From positions 576,001 to 640,000 of the forward strand of contig CAVTBU010000006.1 in NCBI GenBank assembly GCA_963733035.1: 64,000 nt of DNA. The letters are read 5' to 3'. The stretch's first letter is position 1. Each line of letters starts with the position of its first letter. The position numbers and the translations under genes are program-made. This DNA comes from Pirellulales bacterium (GTDB lineage: Bacteria > Planctomycetota > Planctomycetia > Pirellulales > PALSA-1355). Shown here piece by piece: positions 61,519 to 64,000 of the stretch. Below the pieces are notes generated by a model. The model made no database searches and was not told where the DNA came from. It saw only the letters and a list, made by a program, of their open reading frames with translations.

Positions 61519-64000
61519 ATGCCAACGACGGTCAACGGCATCGGTACGAAGTACTACGGAACCCGTAACCTTCGCACCTACCAAGGGGTTTGCGAGTCGT
61601 GCCACCGAACCGTGGAATTGCGCGACTACGAGACGACGTACTTCTTCGTCGTTGCTTTCATTCCGATCGTGCCTCTGGGCAAGAAGCAGGTACTGGCCGA
61701 TTGCCCCGTCTGCCGGCGGCATCGAGTCGTCTCACTTGGGGAGTGGGAAAAGATGCGCGAAGCATCACTGGCCGCAGGCTCCAAGGCGTTAAATGAGCGG
61801 CCCGACGATCCGCAGGCGGCGCTAGAGCTGCTCAGGTCGCTCTCGCTCTTTTCGCGATATGATGAGGCGGAAAACCTGGCCCTGGCCGTACAGCACCGCT
61901 TTGACGACAACGCTGATGTGCAGACGGAAATCGGTCACTGGCACGAATATCGACGGCGTCCCCGCGAGGCCGCCGCGTGTTTTCAGACGGCGCTAGCGAT
62001 CGAACCAAGCAACCTGGCCGCCAAGTGCGGAGTTGTTCGCGCACTGCTGTTCGACGGGCGACCCGATGAAGCTCAGTCGCTGTGCGACGTCGAGCCGCGC
62101 ATCACGGCGGAAATCGATCCCGACCTGATCCTGTCGCTCGCAAAGGCCCATCAACGTTGCGGTAACCACCAAGCGGCACTGGTCGCGTTTCGGCAGGTAA
62201 AGCAGGCGGTTCCCAAGCTCGCGAAAGATGGACAGTTTCGGAGTCTGGTGCGTGCCTCGGAGAAGGAGTGTCCCTGCAGTCCGCCGATGTATTCCGGGTT
62301 TTCGCAGGGACAGTCGTGCGCGGTGCTCGTGTCGGCGGCGGTGCTCCTCGGTCTGGCGGTACTGTTGGCAATGAACTATCACATTGCGACACATCGCGAG
62401 CTGCACCTGGTGAATGGTTTTGACGTTCCGGTGGCGGTGCGGACGGACGATCAACCCGAGGTGGTCATCCCCGCGCACTCGCGCGTGGTGAAACCCGTTG
62501 CTGAGGGAATGCACCACGCGGTCGTGACCTGCGACGGCAAACCGGTGTCCGATCAGCAGATACAGATTTCCACGGCATACGCAAGTCGCTGGTTTAGCAA
62601 CCCCGTGTTCGTATTCAATGCTGGCGGCGGAGCGGCAATCCTGTGGGAAAAGACAACCTATGCCACCACACCGGTCGATGAGGGAGAAAGCAGTCTCAAT
62701 TTGGGAGGATCCCTGATTGTATTTGACGACGTGGATTTTCCCTTTCAAGAGTTTCCGGCGACGATCAAGCTTAAGAATGGCAAGAAGATCACGCGCACGC
62801 GAGTGGCGGTGGCCGACATTCGCCCGGAGTACGCACTCCTCATTCCCGACGATGTGGCCTCCTTGGACGATCGGCTCCGCTTTGTCGAAACCCACTTACG
62901 ACTCATGCCGGATTTGACGCTCACATTGCAGGCATACGCGTCGATTGGAGAATCGGCAGGGCAGGGAGATCGGGTGCGCAGGTTCATTGCCGAAGGAATT
63001 GAAGAGGTGCCGCTGCGCATCGAATGGCATCGCGTGGCGGAATACCTGGCTAAGGACCCAGCCGAACACGACGCACTTCGGAAGCGCTACCGGCAAATGC
63101 TGCAAGCGAACCCCAACGACGCGGACGCCCTTTATCTGCTGGGACGAATGGAGACGCATTCGGTGGCCGTGGAATTGTTCGACCGGGCGATAGCGGCCGA
63201 TCCGAGCAGCCCTTATTCGTGGCAGGCCAAGGCCTACCTGTACCATCAGGAGGGCGACTTCGCCGCGGCGAAAGCAGCCTACGAAAAGGCGATTGAACGG
63301 CGCCCTGATGACCCGCAAATTCGCAGCCGCCTCGATGAAGTTCGCTTTGCCCTAGGAGAGTTTGCCGCGCTGGAGAAGGAAGTCCGCACGGCACAGTTGC
63401 AGAACCCCCAACTGCTCGCCTCGCATGTTCAATTTCTCCGCGTTTTGGTCGCGCAAGGCAAGGACGCCGAAGCACGGCGGGCCAGTAGTGACTATGTGTC
63501 CTTGATCGGCGCCAGCGGAGAAAATGCGGAGTTTACCCAAGACACGATTTGCGCGGCAGACACAGCGCTGCACTATCTTTTGCAGGACTTTGCCGGACTC
63601 CTTTCCGACGCGGATGCGACCAATCAGCCACATTCGGCCGCACGGATTCGCTATCAGGCACAGTTGGAACTGGGCGATATTAAAGGCGCGGAAGCCAGCC
63701 TGGCGGAATGTGAAGTGAGCCGAGCCGAGGCGTTTGACGCTTTGCGAATCGGCATCGGCTGGGGCTTGCTGGGCGAGAGTGCCCGCGCAAGCCAGTGGTT
63801 GGACCGAGCTCGCGTGAAACTCGAGCAGGGAAACGAAGATGAGCGAAGTGGTGCCGCGCTATTGCGATCGGCGCCGGAAGTATCCTGGGTCGATGTGCAG
63901 GAGCTAGACATCGAGCCCAAAGACAAGGTCGTTCTGCTGATTGCCCTGGCACAGCAGCAGCCGCCCGAGAAGCGATCGGTACTGTTGAAATTGGCCAGGC
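61519..64000 (+). CDS. Large TPR membrane protein with an N-terminal zinc ribbon (runs off the right edge)
   Basis: Not in the ORF track (no stop in the window). MPTTVNGIGTKYYG...CESC...FFVVAFIPIVPL...CPVC, TPRs, one TM helix, more TPRs; the same frame reads as protein at the window end. Confidence 0.8.
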   Translation, partial: MPTTVNGIGTKYYGTRNLRTYQGVCESCHRTVELRDYETTYFFVVAFIPIVPLGKKQVLADCPVCRRHRVVSLGEWEKMREASLAAGSKALNERPDDPQAALELLRSLSLFSRYDEAENLALAVQHRFDDNADVQTEIGHWHEYRRRPREAAACFQTALAIEPSNLAAKCGVVRALLFDGRPDEAQSLCDVEPRITAEIDPDLILSLAKAHQRCGNHQAALVAFRQVKQAVPKLAKDGQFRSLVRASEKECPCSPPMYSGFSQGQSCAVLVSAAVLLGLAVLLAMNYHIATHRELHLVNGFDVPVAVRTDDQPEVVIPAHSRVVKPVAEGMHHAVVTCDGKPVSDQQIQISTAYASRWFSNPVFVFNAGGGAAILWEKTTYATTPVDEGESSLNLGGSLIVFDDVDFPFQEFPATIKLKNGKKITRTRVAVADIRPEYALLIPDDVASLDDRLRFVETHLRLMPDLTLTLQAYASIGESAGQGDRVRRFIAEGIEEVPLRIEWHRVAEYLAKDPAEHDALRKRYRQMLQANPNDADALYLLGRMETHSVAVELFDRAIAADPSSPYSWQAKAYLYHQEGDFAAAKAAYEKAIERRPDDPQIRSRLDEVRFALGEFAALEKEVRTAQLQNPQLLASHVQFLRVLVAQGKDAEARRASSDYVSLIGASGENAEFTQDTICAADTALHYLLQDFAGLLSDADATNQPHSAARIRYQAQLELGDIKGAEASLAECEVSRAEAFDALRIGIGWGLLGESARASQWLDRARVKLEQGNEDERSGAALLRSAPEVSWVDVQELDIEPKDKVVLLIALAQQQPPEKRSVLLKLAR

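Noticed and set aside
31014..62895. Long alternative ORFs in the track (for example 31014-32036, 33562-34461, 42178-43038, 45044-45868, 52707-53465, 61993-62895)
   Set aside because: They are antisense or off-frame shadows of well-supported genes, expected in GC-rich DNA, with no recognisable motifs.

Overview
GC-rich bacterial chromosomal segment, most likely from a Planctomycetota (Pirellulales-like) genome. This is inferred from the PVC-type heme-binding dehydrogenase, DUF1573, prenyltransferase-repeat and HisA/HisF-related genes. The right half is mostly core genome: metF, a sigma-70 factor, an acyl-CoA carboxyltransferase/AtuA/crotonase cluster, rpmG, gcvT-H-PA-PB, rnr, yhaM, proS and an envelope/multiheme-cytochrome operon. 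The left half is more accessory. It holds a B12 radical SAM gene divergent from a run of small unknown genes that includes a His-less histidine-kinase-like protein, a MacB-type ABC transporter, and a six-gene Hyf-like operon whose large subunit lacks all Ni-binding cysteines (an Ehr complex). It also holds a 4.6-kb integrase-less islet in tRNA-Leu(CAA), bounded by a 56-bp att-like duplication. The islet carries glycosylation-type cargo and a nested 55-bp near-palindromic direct repeat around one gene. About twelve frameshifts in eleven genes fall largely in homopolymer or GCGC runs. I read them as long-read consensus errors, not pseudogenes. No CRISPR array, rRNA, transposase or integrase was seen. 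All product calls come from motif recognition by eye; no database searches were run.
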